Below are positions 1 to 9,960 of a stretch of DNA of 40,050 bases, piece by piece. This DNA is from Escherichia phage vB_Eco_D226. Position numbers and translations under genes: made by a program. The notes under the pieces were generated by a model. That model did no database searches. It saw only the letters and a list, made by a program, of their open reading frames with translations, and was not told the DNA's origin. The stretch lies in the sequence record MN080711.1; one strand, written 5' to 3'. Every line of letters begins with the position of its first letter. Within the stretch, counting starts at the first letter, position 1.

Positions 1-115
1 ACTACGTGAGAGACCCTAAGAGACCCTGTAGACCATAGAGGGTACATAAGGGTTTACTCTTAGAGTTGACTTCTTACAGTGATAATAGGGAAGATGTATA
101 TCGACCATTATCACT
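1..115. repeat. Direct terminal repeat, copy at phage right end (identical to 39936-40050)
   Basis: Bases 1-115 are identical to 39936-40050; T7-like genomes carry direct terminal repeats. Confidence 0.9.
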
Positions 116-143
116 AAGAGCGCACTAAGCGCCAATGAGCAGT

Positions 144-299
144 CTAAGGAACACAAGCGAGTAGAGAACAAAGCAGAGTCTCCAGTTCACCGATGTGTTC
201 AACACTAGATGCGAGACCAATGGAAGCAGCAAGTACAGCGAGAAATTTGTAGGTCACTCGATGCGTTGCCAGTGTCTTGAGCACGGATAGTAAGCGCAT
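144..299 (-). CDS. Small hypothetical protein at the gene 19.5 position (51 aa)
   Basis: Manual translation MRLLSVLKTLATHRV...; GGAGG 7 nt upstream of ATG; lies between phiOR and the right terminal repeat as T7 gene 19.5 does. Not in the ORF track (<60 aa). Confidence 0.35.
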   Translation of the reverse strand: MRLLSVLKTLATHRVTYKFLAVLAASIGLASSVEHIGELETLLCSLLACVP

Positions 300-456
300 A
301 GAGCGTCCTCCTTGTTATACTTGATGGTTGCACTGATAGTTAGGGATGTAATTACTATTACTATCATCCCTCACTGTAAGGGTCTCTAAGAGTAGTCACT
401 AAGTATGCACTTTGCATATGCAGTCTATAAGTGTCTTTAAGTTGTCTTAGGGTGCC

Positions 457-479
457 CTTCCCAATAGTGAGTCGTATTA
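457..479 (-). promoter_or_regulatory. Phage RNAP promoter phiOR
   Basis: Reverse strand reads TAATACGACTCACTATTGGGAAG, matching the window promoter consensus. Confidence 0.8.
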
Positions 480-545
480 GGGACACCCTTGATTTCATTA
501 GGTTTTTACACCTCACTCAATAGGGTGCCCATAGTGCATAGTGAG

Positions 546-992
546 TCACTTTACGTGCATATTTAGTTTACCCTCACGAGCCTTCTTGACCCACTGGATG
601 TTTACTCCAAGTTTCTTAGCCACTTCAGCGTCTGTACCGTCAGCCGAGAGTACGGCATTTAGTCTCTTATCAAACGCCTGTTGAACCTTCTCGGCGTGAC
701 TCAGGCGCGTACCAGAGGCACCTCCACGAATCATTCGGCCTTTAGTCCTACAGTCCTCAATGTTCTCTTTCTGTGTTCCCTCAGATAAGTGCGCTGGGTT
801 AACACACGCAGGGTTGTCACAGGAGTGCATCACCACACATCCTTCCTTTAAGGGACGCTTTAGGTGGACTGACAGTGCGTATCGATGTGCCATCCAATGA
901 ACACCATCAACACGAATCCTGCCATACCCACCTTTAGTCTTACACCCTTGGAAGATGTGGCAACCAGTTATACTATCAATTGCCACTCTCAT
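546..992 (-). CDS. HNH endonuclease (putative homing endonuclease), 148 aa
   Basis: Motif VMHSCDNPACVNPAHL...N typical of HNH nucleases; start MRVAIDSITGC with AGGAGGT 6 nt upstream; the ORF-track N-terminal extension overlapping gene 19 was trimmed. Confidence 0.8.
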   Translation of the reverse strand: MRVAIDSITGCHIFQGCKTKGGYGRIRVDGVHWMAHRYALSVHLKRPLKEGCVVMHSCDNPACVNPAHLSEGTQKENIEDCRTKGRMIRGGASGTRLSHAEKVQQAFDKRLNAVLSADGTDAEVAKKLGVNIQWVKKAREGKLNMHVK

Positions 993-1014
993 TATATACC
1001 TCCTATTATCTATA

Positions 1015-2775
1015 TTACCACTCAATGAAGCAGCTAGAGTCTCCATCGTCCTCATAGTAGATGTCCACGCCACCAACATCGTAGCTATGGATAGCATCGC
1101 CACCAATGGTCTGTTTCTCCATGTGATGTTCAAGGAACTCAAGAGTCATCTCTTCCTCACCGATACGACTGTCTACAAGCATCCCCTCGCGTAGCCATTC
1201 GATACCCAATGCGATAGCATCAAGTCGGTCATCGTGTGCCACAGCGCCTCGCTCACGAGTCATACGGGTCATCTGATAGAACGCACTGTAGCGAACATCA
1301 TGTTTCCCATCAAGGTCACGAGCAGTCTGGTAGTCCTCACGGATAACCTCATCACGAATGACCAGCTTGTGCGCACCCATCAACGGTTCGATAGTATCGC
1401 AGATTCGCATCTCCTTCATGCCTTTAGCACGGATTTCCTCTAAGGCACACTTGTGGTGCTTCAGGAGAATCGGAGAGAAAATCTTACCGAACATACCATC
1501 ACCGAAGTTGGACTCGTGGACGACTGTCTGTACCTTCCACTGCTTGGCCTTCTTAGCGAGCTTCTCTAGGGTAGCATCATCGTAACCACCACGGAACCCA
1601 CCGACTTCCATCAAGTAGATATAACCGTTAAGTGAGTAGAGGACTGCATACCCGGTCTCATCCTTACCACGACCACTTGGGTCAATGACCAGAATCTTAG
1701 ACTGATACTCAGCGGTACGAGAAGAGCACGTATGGAACGCATGGATGTCATCACCCTTCAGACCAACGTTAGGGAGTTCCTCATTGCGGTTCTGACGGTT
1801 CGGCAACCACTGGTAAGACAATGGGGCACGTTCGGGGTCCACAGCGCACACGATAGCATCACGGAGTCGTAGCGGGTACTTCTCGGCATCACTAAGGTTC
1901 GGGTTAAGCATGAACTGAAGCGTGTAGCCAGCTTTACCATATTCGAGTTCACGCTCACGGAGGTCATCCATGTCGAATCGAATAGGGTCAGTAGGTTGTC
2001 CACGAAGAATCTCGTAGCCTTCATCATATTCAGCCTTAAGCATCGGAGCCAAGCGGTCCCCATAGTAGAGAGCCTCAGCGTCATTACGTGGATACTGTGC
2101 AGGCCAGATTACAGTGCTGTACCCTTTGTTATCCTCAAGTTCCTTGTAGAGCGTCATCTCGGTTTGAGGTGTGCCAAGGTAGATAACACGAGAGGTAGGC
2201 AGTGGCTTAAGTAATGCAGCAAACTCAGTTACCAACGTCCAGAGCTTCTCACGGGCAGAACTCGTAGAGCTATTACCGGGAACCTCAACGTCATCTGCGA
2301 TGATGATGTCAGCACGGCTACCAGTTAACTGACCAGTGATACCCACAGACTTCACAGAGGGTGAGTGGTCAGGTTTAGCTAATCCAACGTCGAAGCTAAT
2401 CACGGAGTCACGCTGTCCCGGTCGAGGTTTCAACTCAGCGAGGAATGGCAGCAGGTCAATGATGTTCTTGATGAAGATGGAGTTAGCATCCGCACGTTCC
2501 TTAGAGGCAGACACTATGAGCACCTTAAGTTGAGGGTCACGCCATAAGACCCACACGACGAACGCACAGGTGATAAAGGACTTGCCGATACCACGGAACG
2601 CCTGAAGGATAAACTTCTTGTGGTCGCCGTTAGCGAGTGTACGTGCCATATCAATCTGACACTTGGTTGGTTTAGGTAAGTTCAGAGCCTTCCATAAGAC
2701 GAACAGGAAGGCCACGAAGTCACCCTTAAGTTGCGCAATGATTAATGCGTTCTTAGCTCCTTGGGATTGTGACAT
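1015..2775 (-). CDS. 19: Terminase large subunit (gp19)
   Basis: 586 aa, same length and strong similarity to T7 gp19 as recalled; last structural gene in T7 order. Confidence 0.97.
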   Translation of the reverse strand: MSQSQGAKNALIIAQLKGDFVAFLFVLWKALNLPKPTKCQIDMARTLANGDHKKFILQAFRGIGKSFITCAFVVWVLWRDPQLKVLIVSASKERADANSIFIKNIIDLLPFLAELKPRPGQRDSVISFDVGLAKPDHSPSVKSVGITGQLTGSRADIIIADDVEVPGNSSTSSAREKLWTLVTEFAALLKPLPTSRVIYLGTPQTEMTLYKELEDNKGYSTVIWPAQYPRNDAEALYYGDRLAPMLKAEYDEGYEILRGQPTDPIRFDMDDLRERELEYGKAGYTLQFMLNPNLSDAEKYPLRLRDAIVCAVDPERAPLSYQWLPNRQNRNEELPNVGLKGDDIHAFHTCSSRTAEYQSKILVIDPSGRGKDETGYAVLYSLNGYIYLMEVGGFRGGYDDATLEKLAKKAKQWKVQTVVHESNFGDGMFGKIFSPILLKHHKCALEEIRAKGMKEMRICDTIEPLMGAHKLVIRDEVIREDYQTARDLDGKHDVRYSAFYQMTRMTRERGAVAHDDRLDAIALGIEWLREGMLVDSRIGEEEMTLEFLEHHMEKQTIGGDAIHSYDVGGVDIYYEDDGDSSCFIEW

Positions 2776-3221
2776 TACTTAGCCTCCTTCTTAGTTTGCA
2801 TTTCTTTGATTGTACCTTGGAGCGCACGAATCCACGCATCCCCTCTTTGAGTTACTCCGATAAGACGCTTACTAAACTCTTCGTCAAGTTCGGCTCGACC
2901 ATCAACGAGGCATCCACCGTTATCTTGGAGTTCTCGTGAGGTGGCTGATAGTTTGACGCGCAAGCGCTTACCATCGTTACGCAAATCATTAATGACCCTA
3001 TCAGTGCTGCCTTCCAGCGCCGCAAGGTCTTCTTGGTATTGCTGTGAGATTTCGTTGATAGCAGCCTGTTTATCCGCAGTCGCCTCAACCTTCTTAACGT
3101 ACTCATTGTGCACCTCCTGTTCCCATTTAGTGTTAGCTTTGTCATAGCCGTGGTTATACGCAAGGGTAATTCCCAAGGCAAACGCAGCGATTATGGCGTA
3201 GCTCTTTAAATTCTTGAGCAT
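2775..3221 (-). CDS. 18.5: i-spanin (gp18.5, Rz-like)
   Basis: 148 aa, N-terminal TM segment followed by charged coiled coil; position between genes 18 and 19. Confidence 0.9.
   Translation of the reverse strand: MLKNLKSYAIIAAFALGITLAYNHGYDKANTKWEQEVHNEYVKKVEATADKQAAINEISQQYQEDLAALEGSTDRVINDLRNDGKRLRVKLSATSRELQDNGGCLVDGRAELDEEFSKRLIGVTQRGDAWIRALQGTIKEMQTKKEAK
2852..3106 (-). CDS. 18.7: o-spanin lipoprotein (gp18.7, Rz1-like) embedded in gene 18.5
   Basis: Alternate frame inside 18.5; [10 protein letters not shown]... with lipobox-like MVSAC and C-terminal SLMVEPNLT matching T7 gp18.7; start trimmed from the ORF track. Confidence 0.8.
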   Translation of the reverse strand: MSTLRRLRRLRINRLLSTKSHSNTKKTLRRWKAALIGSLMICVTMVSACASNYQPPHENSKITVDASLMVEPNLTKSLVSVLSE

Positions 3222-3279
3222 AACTACCCTCCCATATTTTCAGATTTCACGTAGCGTTACCGTGAGTTGTATTGAAATA

Positions 3280-3312
3280 TCATAAAGACCACTAGATGTA
3301 GTGGCCTTGAGT
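3280..3312 (-). promoter_or_regulatory. RNase III-like processing hairpin (R18.5 position)
   Basis: Inverted repeat aagaccacta/tagtggcctt upstream of gene 18.5, at the position of T7 R18.5. Confidence 0.4.
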
Positions 3313-3319
3313 TATTCCA

Positions 3320-3589
3320 TCAGTTTAGCGTGTACTTCTCATCTTCAGTGAGACCATCAGCACCCACTAGGTTCTGGTACTCTTCGAGTCCATCTGCCAG
3401 TCCACCAAGGATGTTACGGTCTGGCTGTAACTTGGAGACTTGGAACTTGTGGCGCTCTAACAGTTTCCCGATAGCGTTGTACAGTTGAGGTGTGCGCTTG
3501 TCATCATCCTGAAGGTCTTTCAGCATACGTTGAGCCATCTCAGTGTCCAGCATCTCAAGGAATTGAATTAAGGACTTATCGTTAGACAT
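3320..3589 (-). CDS. 18: Terminase small subunit (gp18)
   Basis: 89 aa; ALEMLDTEMAQRML...PQLYNAIGKLL...HKFQ matches T7 gp18. Confidence 0.93.
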   Translation of the reverse strand: MSNDKSLIQFLEMLDTEMAQRMLKDLQDDDKRTPQLYNAIGKLLERHKFQVSKLQPDRNILGGLADGLEEYQNLVGADGLTEDEKYTLN

Positions 3590-3788
3590 CTTTACCCTCC
3601 TTCTTCCATTTGATAATCACATCGACTACCTTGGCACCAATTTGAGCCACTGTGTAGGCAATTGCGGCTACATAGAACCACTCGTTAAGTGACAGTCCGA
3701 AGAACAGTCGGGCAGCACCATCGGCTACCCCTGTCCCTACAATCGGAGCCGCCTTGACAACTTCATTGTTGAAGTCTAAAGACAACAT
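3582..3788 (-). CDS. 17.5: Holin (gp17.5)
   Basis: 68 aa; MLSLDFNNE..KAAPIVGTGVAD...LFFGLSLNEWFYVAAIAYTV.QIGAKVVD is near-identical to T7 gp17.5. Confidence 0.93.
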   Translation of the reverse strand: MLSLDFNNEVVKAAPIVGTGVADGAARLFFGLSLNEWFYVAAIAYTVAQIGAKVVDVIIKWKKEGKDV

Positions 3789-3801
3789 AATAAACCTCCT
3801 A

Positions 3802-4179
3802 TCAGCTTGTGGCTCTCAACTCAGCCATGAGCCTTAGAAGGTCTGCCTCGATGTCTGCTTTGGTTCGAACCACTGGTTCTTCTTTGTAAAACTTCTCACC
3901 ATCAAATCGAACACCGAAAGTGTTCTCAGGGAATGGGAAGTCATTTGTTAGAATCAGGATGCCACCATCGGCTGGGGAGTTCATCCCGTTGACCGACTTA
4001 GTGGTAGCCCAGTTGACGAAGCCATCTTTAACCCCGATGACCCATTTGTAGTCCCTGTTGTCCAACTCTACCATCATCTCATACCAGTCAATTCCATCCT
4101 CATTGAAGATGTCATAGGTAGAGATTCCAGTATCTGAATCCGTAACAACTGTGTATTTCCAGCCTTTGTAAATCTTCAT
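3802..4179 (-). CDS. Hypothetical protein downstream of tail fibre (possible fibre chaperone or adhesin), 125 aa
   Basis: Start MKIYKGW with GGAGG 8 nt upstream; no counterpart at this position in T7 (gene 17 is followed directly by 17.5). Function inferred from position only. Confidence 0.7.
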   Translation of the reverse strand: MKIYKGWKYTVVTDSDTGISTYDIFNEDGIDWYEMMVELDNRDYKWVIGVKDGFVNWATTKSVNGMNSPADGGILILTNDFPFPENTFGVRFDGEKFYKEEPVVRTKADIEADLLRLMAELRATS

Positions 4180-4192
4180 AATTAATACCTCC

Positions 4193-5920
4193 TTATCCTT
4201 GAGATGCAACCTGACGTTTATTACCGTTGTGATACCCTATCCACATGCCTCGGTGCTGCATACCAGTACAGACACCACCAACGTTGAGCACAATCCCAGT
4301 ACACACATGACCGGACCCAACAACAAGTTCCTGATAGGCACCATTGTGGGGATACCACTCAGGGTTAGCGAGCCAGATGTCACCGGGGAAGTTGGCACGA
4401 ATCCAATCCGCAATGTTGTTCTGAGGCCCGAATGCACTGCCGATGATGTTACCATCACCACCTAATACACTACCACCATGTGTTCTGAAAGAGCCAGAGA
4501 CTACCTGACGTGGGGCATGGAAGTCCCCATCATGCGTCCACATGTAGGAGGCATCTACAGCACCTGACTCATGCGTTGTTACCAAGTTCCATTGTGCAGT
4601 ACGGTTGGTATCTATAAGAGTACCCATTGTCCACGCTCGGGCATCTCGACCTGCTTGGTAAGAGCGCTGTTTGATTAGTGGGAAATACTCATTACCAGAT
4701 GACTCTCTAATTTGCTGCCACAATGGTGCATAAACATTATACTGGTCAGCATGTCCAGCAGCGAAGCTGGCCTGTGAATCAATAAGGTCTTTGGTAATTA
4801 CCCGGTTGTTTAATGTAGTGCGGGGATAGATGTCTAGCGTAGGAACACCCGATACCGGATATACGAAGTGCATATGCGTGAAAGCACCTCCGCCTACCTG
4901 ACCGCCCGGTAGTTCCATGACCAAATCAGAGTGCAGGGCGTTTCCTTCAGCCCATAACCCTTGCCGCCATACATGCGATGTGTTTTCACTTCTCCGTATC
5001 GCCGTGGCATTTGAGAATCTGTGAATCCCTTTCCAAACAACATCATTTCCACTTACGCTTTCAATTGCAGCGGCAATAGCATTATTATTCTCTAACTTGT
5101 TAGCTTCGAGTATTGCCCTGTCTTCTGAAGCCTTAGCGGCAACTTCTGAAGCCTTAGCAGCAACTTTTGACTCATTTGCCAATCTGGCATCCGCAGCAGC
5201 AGAACTAGCGGAAGAAGCGGCTTGTGTCTCAGAGATCTTCGACTTGTTGACTGATTCATCGGCCCACGCAGCATCCGCTGCTACCATCTTGCGCATCCGC
5301 TCAACGTCAGCTTGAATAGCCTTTGCCCACTCATTGTATTGCTTAGATGAGTATCGACCGTCTGCAATCACTCCGTCTCCAGCAGCCCAGCGCATAGACC
5401 AGTTAGCGGAAGATGCTGCTTCTGTCTTAGAGTTCCATGCTGATTCATTCCAGCCCTTTACCTGACCAAGATTGATAGCATCACCATCCTCTACAGCATT
5501 CGCTAGGTTCACAATGCGGCGACCACGCGCATCTAGGTTCCCATCGTTGTTAACGCCAATCGTATCCGCTGTTAAATCACGAGCCTCTTCAGCAACGTGA
5601 AGTGTCTGGATTTGAGCAATGTTCAGGTCATAAGCACGGAGGATAGAACCATCAGCAAAGTCCACCAGACGGTCGGTAACGGAGGTGTAACGACGAATCT
5701 CAATCATGGTGTATCCATCAGATGGACTCCACGCACGAGTGGTTGTGATTTGAGTCTTAGTGGTAAACCGGAAGTCCTGATTCAAGACCAACTCTTTGCG
5801 GTCTTTACCAATAAGAGTCACCGAAACGAACTTACGCGCTAGATACTCAAACGTGATACCGAAGTCCACAGTAGAGCCATTCAGCGGGTAAGTCATTACG
5901 GTACGAATTTTAAGAGCCAT
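4193..5920 (-). CDS. 17: Tail fibre protein (gp17) with divergent C-terminal receptor-binding region
   Basis: N-terminal ~150 aa (FEYLARKFV.VTLIG.DRK ... RLVDF.DGSILRAYDLN.AQIQT.HVAEEARDLT.DTIGVNNDG.LDARGRRIVNLANAV) matches T7 gp17; the remainder is unrelated to T7. Confidence 0.92.
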   Translation of the reverse strand: MALKIRTVMTYPLNGSTVDFGITFEYLARKFVSVTLIGKDRKELVLNQDFRFTTKTQITTTRAWSPSDGYTMIEIRRYTSVTDRLVDFADGSILRAYDLNIAQIQTLHVAEEARDLTADTIGVNNDGNLDARGRRIVNLANAVEDGDAINLGQVKGWNESAWNSKTEAASSANWSMRWAAGDGVIADGRYSSKQYNEWAKAIQADVERMRKMVAADAAWADESVNKSKISETQAASSASSAAADARLANESKVAAKASEVAAKASEDRAILEANKLENNNAIAAAIESVSGNDVVWKGIHRFSNATAIRRSENTSHVWRQGLWAEGNALHSDLVMELPGGQVGGGAFTHMHFVYPVSGVPTLDIYPRTTLNNRVITKDLIDSQASFAAGHADQYNVYAPLWQQIRESSGNEYFPLIKQRSYQAGRDARAWTMGTLIDTNRTAQWNLVTTHESGAVDASYMWTHDGDFHAPRQVVSGSFRTHGGSVLGGDGNIIGSAFGPQNNIADWIRANFPGDIWLANPEWYPHNGAYQELVVGSGHVCTGIVLNVGGVCTGMQHRGMWIGYHNGNKRQVASQG

Positions 5921-5955
5921 AATGTACCTCCTTAGTTGGGTATAATAAAGGGAAG

Positions 5956-5978
5956 CTGTGTTAGCCTTCCCAATAGTG
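5956..5978 (-). promoter_or_regulatory. Phage RNAP promoter phi17
   Basis: Reverse strand CAATACGACTCACTATTGGGAAGG upstream of gene 17. Confidence 0.8.
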
Positions 5979-5989
5979 AGTCGTATTGA

Positions 5990-8900
5990 TTACTTCTTGT
6001 CAGCCTTAAGGTGAACACCATTGGCCTCATAGAACTTGATTAGCATCTGTTGGGAGAGTGGGTCGTTAGGAATCAACTCTCGGTGGGCGTTCATTAAGCC
6101 AGTCATCATCTCACGCTCGGTCACTTTGTTTGGAGCCGTAAGGACACCATAAGCATTTCGACCAGCAGCGAGAGTAGCACCAGCGAACCCAAGAGCGGGA
6201 ACCTGTTCACCAATAGCACCCATAATGGAATCACCCATGTCACGAGAAGTTACCGCCTTATTACGCTCACGCTTGTCATCACCTTTCGGTAGAATCGTAG
6301 AGCGAACCATAAGACCTTGGTCGTAACCAGCAGCACCCATAGCGAAGTTAGCGATACTCAACGGAGACCCTAAGTGTGAACTTCGGGAGGCCGCAGCGTA
6401 GGCAATCATCTTCGGGTCGAGAGCTTTCTTCAAGTAATCCTTCTGTTGCTCTTTAGGAAGACCAGCAGCTTTCAAGTGAGCCTGTGCAACATAGTAGGAG
6501 CCAGCAATGCCACCAGAGATAGCATAGGTCAGCGCCATGTCCATAGCACGATGGTTCTTAAAGGCTTCGTTGCCAGAGCGGATAAACTTAGAGTTCATCG
6601 ACTTGATGACAAACGACTTAAACTGAAGGACTAACTTAGCGGTAGCACCAAACGCATGGGAATCCTGTAAGGACACCTTATGAGGTCGAAGCATCGTTTC
6701 ATCAGCAACCTTGTCAGCCAAACGCCACAAGTCCATAGCACGAGGGTCATTAGCCAGAGCCTTCTTATCCTTAAAGGTGAACTTACCATCTTCCCCACGG
6801 GTAACGTTCTCACGGATGAGAGACTGAATGCCTTCCCACTGTTCCTTAGAGATACTCGCAGACTTCAACATGTCACCTTTAATCCACTTGTTGGCACCCT
6901 TTCCAGTGATAGCATGAGTTACCACATCACCCATCACACCCTGTCGGGCCATGTCCAGAAGGTAGTTTGACGTACCATTGAGGAACTTGGTGAGAGGTGA
7001 GCGAGCCGCCAGTTCTTGAGTTGTGTGCTTGATAGAACCAACAACCTTTGCGGCAACATCAGGTGTATCAGTGGACTCACGGAGTCGCTGAATGATGTCT
7101 TGACGAGTGGGTCGGACTAAGTCATCAAACTCTTTACCGAACACCATAGAGTGGAGTTCTTTGAGTTCACTACCAGAGACTGGCTTGTTGCGGAACGCTA
7201 AGTCACGCAGTACCGGAATGCCATGAAGCATCGCACGGATATTACCCTTCTGCAACATACCGGAGATTTCGGTTAGGTTCTGCAAGCCCATATATGCGTT
7301 CTTCGTAAAGAAGGACATATCGGACAGAGCACGGACCATAGTGTCACCTACAGTATCCTGATTGCGTCGAGCACGACCAGTGACAATCTTAACGACATCC
7401 TTAAGTGCTTCCACTTCACCTTTCATTGTACCTTTACCTTCAGACTTCTTATCAAGAGCCATAATAGCGTCCTTGAGTTCAGCAGTAGTCTTGCCTGTGC
7501 CTCCCATGATAGCAATATCACCATCAACACGGCGGTCATATGCTGGCATCACATGCTTCATATCGAAGTCACGGAGGTCATTCACAGAGAACTGTTGACC
7601 ATTCGGTAGAGTGATTGGCACGTCAGAATCGAATAGGTTACGGGCTTCAAGGAATGAGTTGTTCTCAATACCTACGAGACCCTCAATGTTATCGTCAATG
7701 ACACTTGAAGAGTTGAACTCATCGGTCTTCGCAATACCATAAGCCTTGTCGCTGGCGTGTTTCATCACCATCTCTTCGGTTACGGCCTTAACGTCAATAC
7801 CCAAAGTCTCCGCTAAGTGCTCATCAATACGGGCCTTGACTTCAGGACGTGCATGATATGATGCCATCAAACTCCCGGCAACTGCTTCCTGTAAACCATC
7901 AGTGCCCCCAAGAGCCTGTGAGTACAACTGCTTGGCTTCCCGCGAGTACACATGAGGAACGTAAGTCCCTTTGTGACGACTGTTAGGGAAGATAGAGGTT
8001 GCCTTGTTACCGAACATCGACGGGTTCTCCATCATCTCACGCTTGAGGTCATAGTGTTCCTTCACGATGTCCATAACCTTACGCTCTTCCTTGGTCAAGT
8101 TAGCCTGAAGTTCAGGTCTCTCGATAGCCTCACTAATACGACGATAGATTGTTTGACGGGCACCTTGAGCACCACTCTTGAACATACCCACAGACCACTC
8201 AGGGTCAGCCATCGCTTCCTTCATTGCACCGTAGAGGTTATTGTAGGTTCGATGGTTGAGACTACGCAGTCGCTCTACAATGTCCGATGTAGTAGAACCA
8301 AACTTACCATGTGAGCCTGACTCCATACCTGTAGGTGAGCGCACTAAGTCCTTAGCGAGACCACGGATTTCAGCATGTTCTGAACGTAGAGTTCTCAGAC
8401 CGATTTCACTCAGGCCACGCATAGGCAATCCCCAAGCAGCACGTTCAGGGTCCACTTCAGCGAACTCTTTGGCAGTCATTGGGTTAGCCAAGTTGGTATC
8501 ACTGATAATAGAACCATCACGCAACACTACGGCACCCGGTTCAGTTTCCAGTGGTGCATACTCAACTCCGTTGTGCTGTGAGAACACTCGGTCTTCACTA
8601 GGAGGCATACGGCTTGCGTCATAACCACCAGTGTTACGTGCAGTCTCACGAGCCTCAAAGCGCATCTGTGCAGCAGCAAAGGGGTTCTCAATCTGTTCAG
8701 CACCAGACTTACGGAGACCCGCAGCAACGCCATCTGCCACAGCAGTCAGTCCACCAGCCAGTAACATCCCAGCAAGGGCAGCTTCGGCATAATGTGCATC
8801 ACCACCAGCAACCGATGTACGCAGACCTTCAGAGGCAACGTTAAGTGCACCAGCTTGAGCACCCACCATCAACGCCTTGTTCACCAGCTTGAATCCCTTG

Positions 8901-9937
8901 GCTGTAGTCCCTGCGATTGGGACGTAGGTCAACGGGTCCACACCAGCACCAATCAGGCCAGCAGACAGTTTAGCACCAAGTCCGGCATCAGCAGCCTTAG
9001 AGTCCAACTCGAAGTTCTCATTAGCCATCTTGATTAGCTCGTCAAGGTTCTCAGCGGAACCACCAAGCACAACGTTCATGTACGCAGGGTTCTTCACTTC
9101 TTTGCGAATCTTATCGAGTTCTTCAGGCGACCAAATGTGGCTGTTAAACCGTGTCGGTTGAAGTACATCAGTGAGCACATCAAAACCATTGTCACGCTTA
9201 CCAGCACGGAAGGCAACACCCAAGGTTGAGTTGGAGAGTTCTGCTTCAGCGGCACTACCGAATCCGAAGAAGGTTGAACGCTCATTGGCTTCGTCAAGAG
9301 TTGTTCCTTTTGCTTCCCAATAGTCTTTACCGAACGGCTGATTGGGAGCGGCCTGTTCTTTACCTTGAAAGGACATTGAGTGAGACTCAGGGAGTTCTGT
9401 AGTTACCTTTCCTTTCTTCCCGATACCACTCATAGCAGCGTCGAACGGAATCCCTTTACCCTTTGGGGTGATACCACCGAATGACTCAATGTCACCACTC
9501 TTCGGAGACTTAGCAACATCCAGCAGTGAACGCAGATAGTTACGACCTTCATCCCCAATGCTGGCAAAGTTGCCAGAAGCGTAGGCTTCCAGTTGAGGCT
9601 TACCATTACTGCCTTCACCTTGGTTGTATGCTAAGGCAGCTTTAAGTTCATCGCCGTCATACTTCTTAACGAGGTCTGAAAGGTAACGAGCACCTGCATC
9701 AATGGACTTAGCGGGGTCATTAAAGTCTTCATCGTTCTGGAGACCATAAGCCTGACCAGTTGCTTTGGTGAACTGCATGACACCTCGTGGCCCTGTTGGT
9801 GATTGAGCCGTAGGTTTAAAGCGGGACTCTACCCAACCGACCTTCCGAAGAAGGCCATAGGAGACTCCATGTGTGTCAGCAGCTTGTTGAAATAACGCAT
9901 CATATTCATGCGGTTCGTTCGGGTTATACTTATCCAC
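5990..9937 (-). CDS. 16: Internal virion protein D (gp16) with N-terminal lytic transglycosylase domain
   Basis: 1315 aa; N-terminus LLRKVGWVESRF.PTA.S.TGP.GVMQFTKAT retains the SLT catalytic Glu context of T7 gp16. Confidence 0.95.
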   Translation of the reverse strand: MDKYNPNEPHEYDALFQQAADTHGVSYGLLRKVGWVESRFKPTAQSPTGPRGVMQFTKATGQAYGLQNDEDFNDPAKSIDAGARYLSDLVKKYDGDELKAALAYNQGEGSNGKPQLEAYASGNFASIGDEGRNYLRSLLDVAKSPKSGDIESFGGITPKGKGIPFDAAMSGIGKKGKVTTELPESHSMSFQGKEQAAPNQPFGKDYWEAKGTTLDEANERSTFFGFGSAAEAELSNSTLGVAFRAGKRDNGFDVLTDVLQPTRFNSHIWSPEELDKIRKEVKNPAYMNVVLGGSAENLDELIKMANENFELDSKAADAGLGAKLSAGLIGAGVDPLTYVPIAGTTAKGFKLVNKALMVGAQAGALNVASEGLRTSVAGGDAHYAEAALAGMLLAGGLTAVADGVAAGLRKSGAEQIENPFAAAQMRFEARETARNTGGYDASRMPPSEDRVFSQHNGVEYAPLETEPGAVVLRDGSIISDTNLANPMTAKEFAEVDPERAAWGLPMRGLSEIGLRTLRSEHAEIRGLAKDLVRSPTGMESGSHGKFGSTTSDIVERLRSLNHRTYNNLYGAMKEAMADPEWSVGMFKSGAQGARQTIYRRISEAIERPELQANLTKEERKVMDIVKEHYDLKREMMENPSMFGNKATSIFPNSRHKGTYVPHVYSREAKQLYSQALGGTDGLQEAVAGSLMASYHARPEVKARIDEHLAETLGIDVKAVTEEMVMKHASDKAYGIAKTDEFNSSSVIDDNIEGLVGIENNSFLEARNLFDSDVPITLPNGQQFSVNDLRDFDMKHVMPAYDRRVDGDIAIMGGTGKTTAELKDAIMALDKKSEGKGTMKGEVEALKDVVKIVTGRARRNQDTVGDTMVRALSDMSFFTKNAYMGLQNLTEISGMLQKGNIRAMLHGIPVLRDLAFRNKPVSGSELKELHSMVFGKEFDDLVRPTRQDIIQRLRESTDTPDVAAKVVGSIKHTTQELAARSPLTKFLNGTSNYLLDMARQGVMGDVVTHAITGKGANKWIKGDMLKSASISKEQWEGIQSLIRENVTRGEDGKFTFKDKKALANDPRAMDLWRLADKVADETMLRPHKVSLQDSHAFGATAKLVLQFKSFVIKSMNSKFIRSGNEAFKNHRAMDMALTYAISGGIAGSYYVAQAHLKAAGLPKEQQKDYLKKALDPKMIAYAAASRSSHLGSPLSIANFAMGAAGYDQGLMVRSTILPKGDDKRERNKAVTSRDMGDSIMGAIGEQVPALGFAGATLAAGRNAYGVLTAPNKVTEREMMTGLMNAHRELIPNDPLSQQMLIKFYEANGVHLKADKK

Positions 9938-9960
9938 TTGGAACCTCCTATCGTGGTCTG

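Noticed and set aside
505-560. Promoter-like fragments on both strands (cacctcactcaataggg on plus; catagtgagtcacttta giving GTGACTCACTATG on minus)
   Set aside because: Neither reaches the 23-bp consensus (no GGG start on the minus-strand copy, an insertion in the plus-strand copy); possibly eroded promoters. Not annotated.
993-1142. N-terminal extension of the ORF-track HNH ORF (546..1142) overlapping the terminase 3' end
   Set aside because: A strong AGGAGGT RBS precedes the internal Met at 992 and the HNH domain begins after it; the upstream part is read-through of the open frame.
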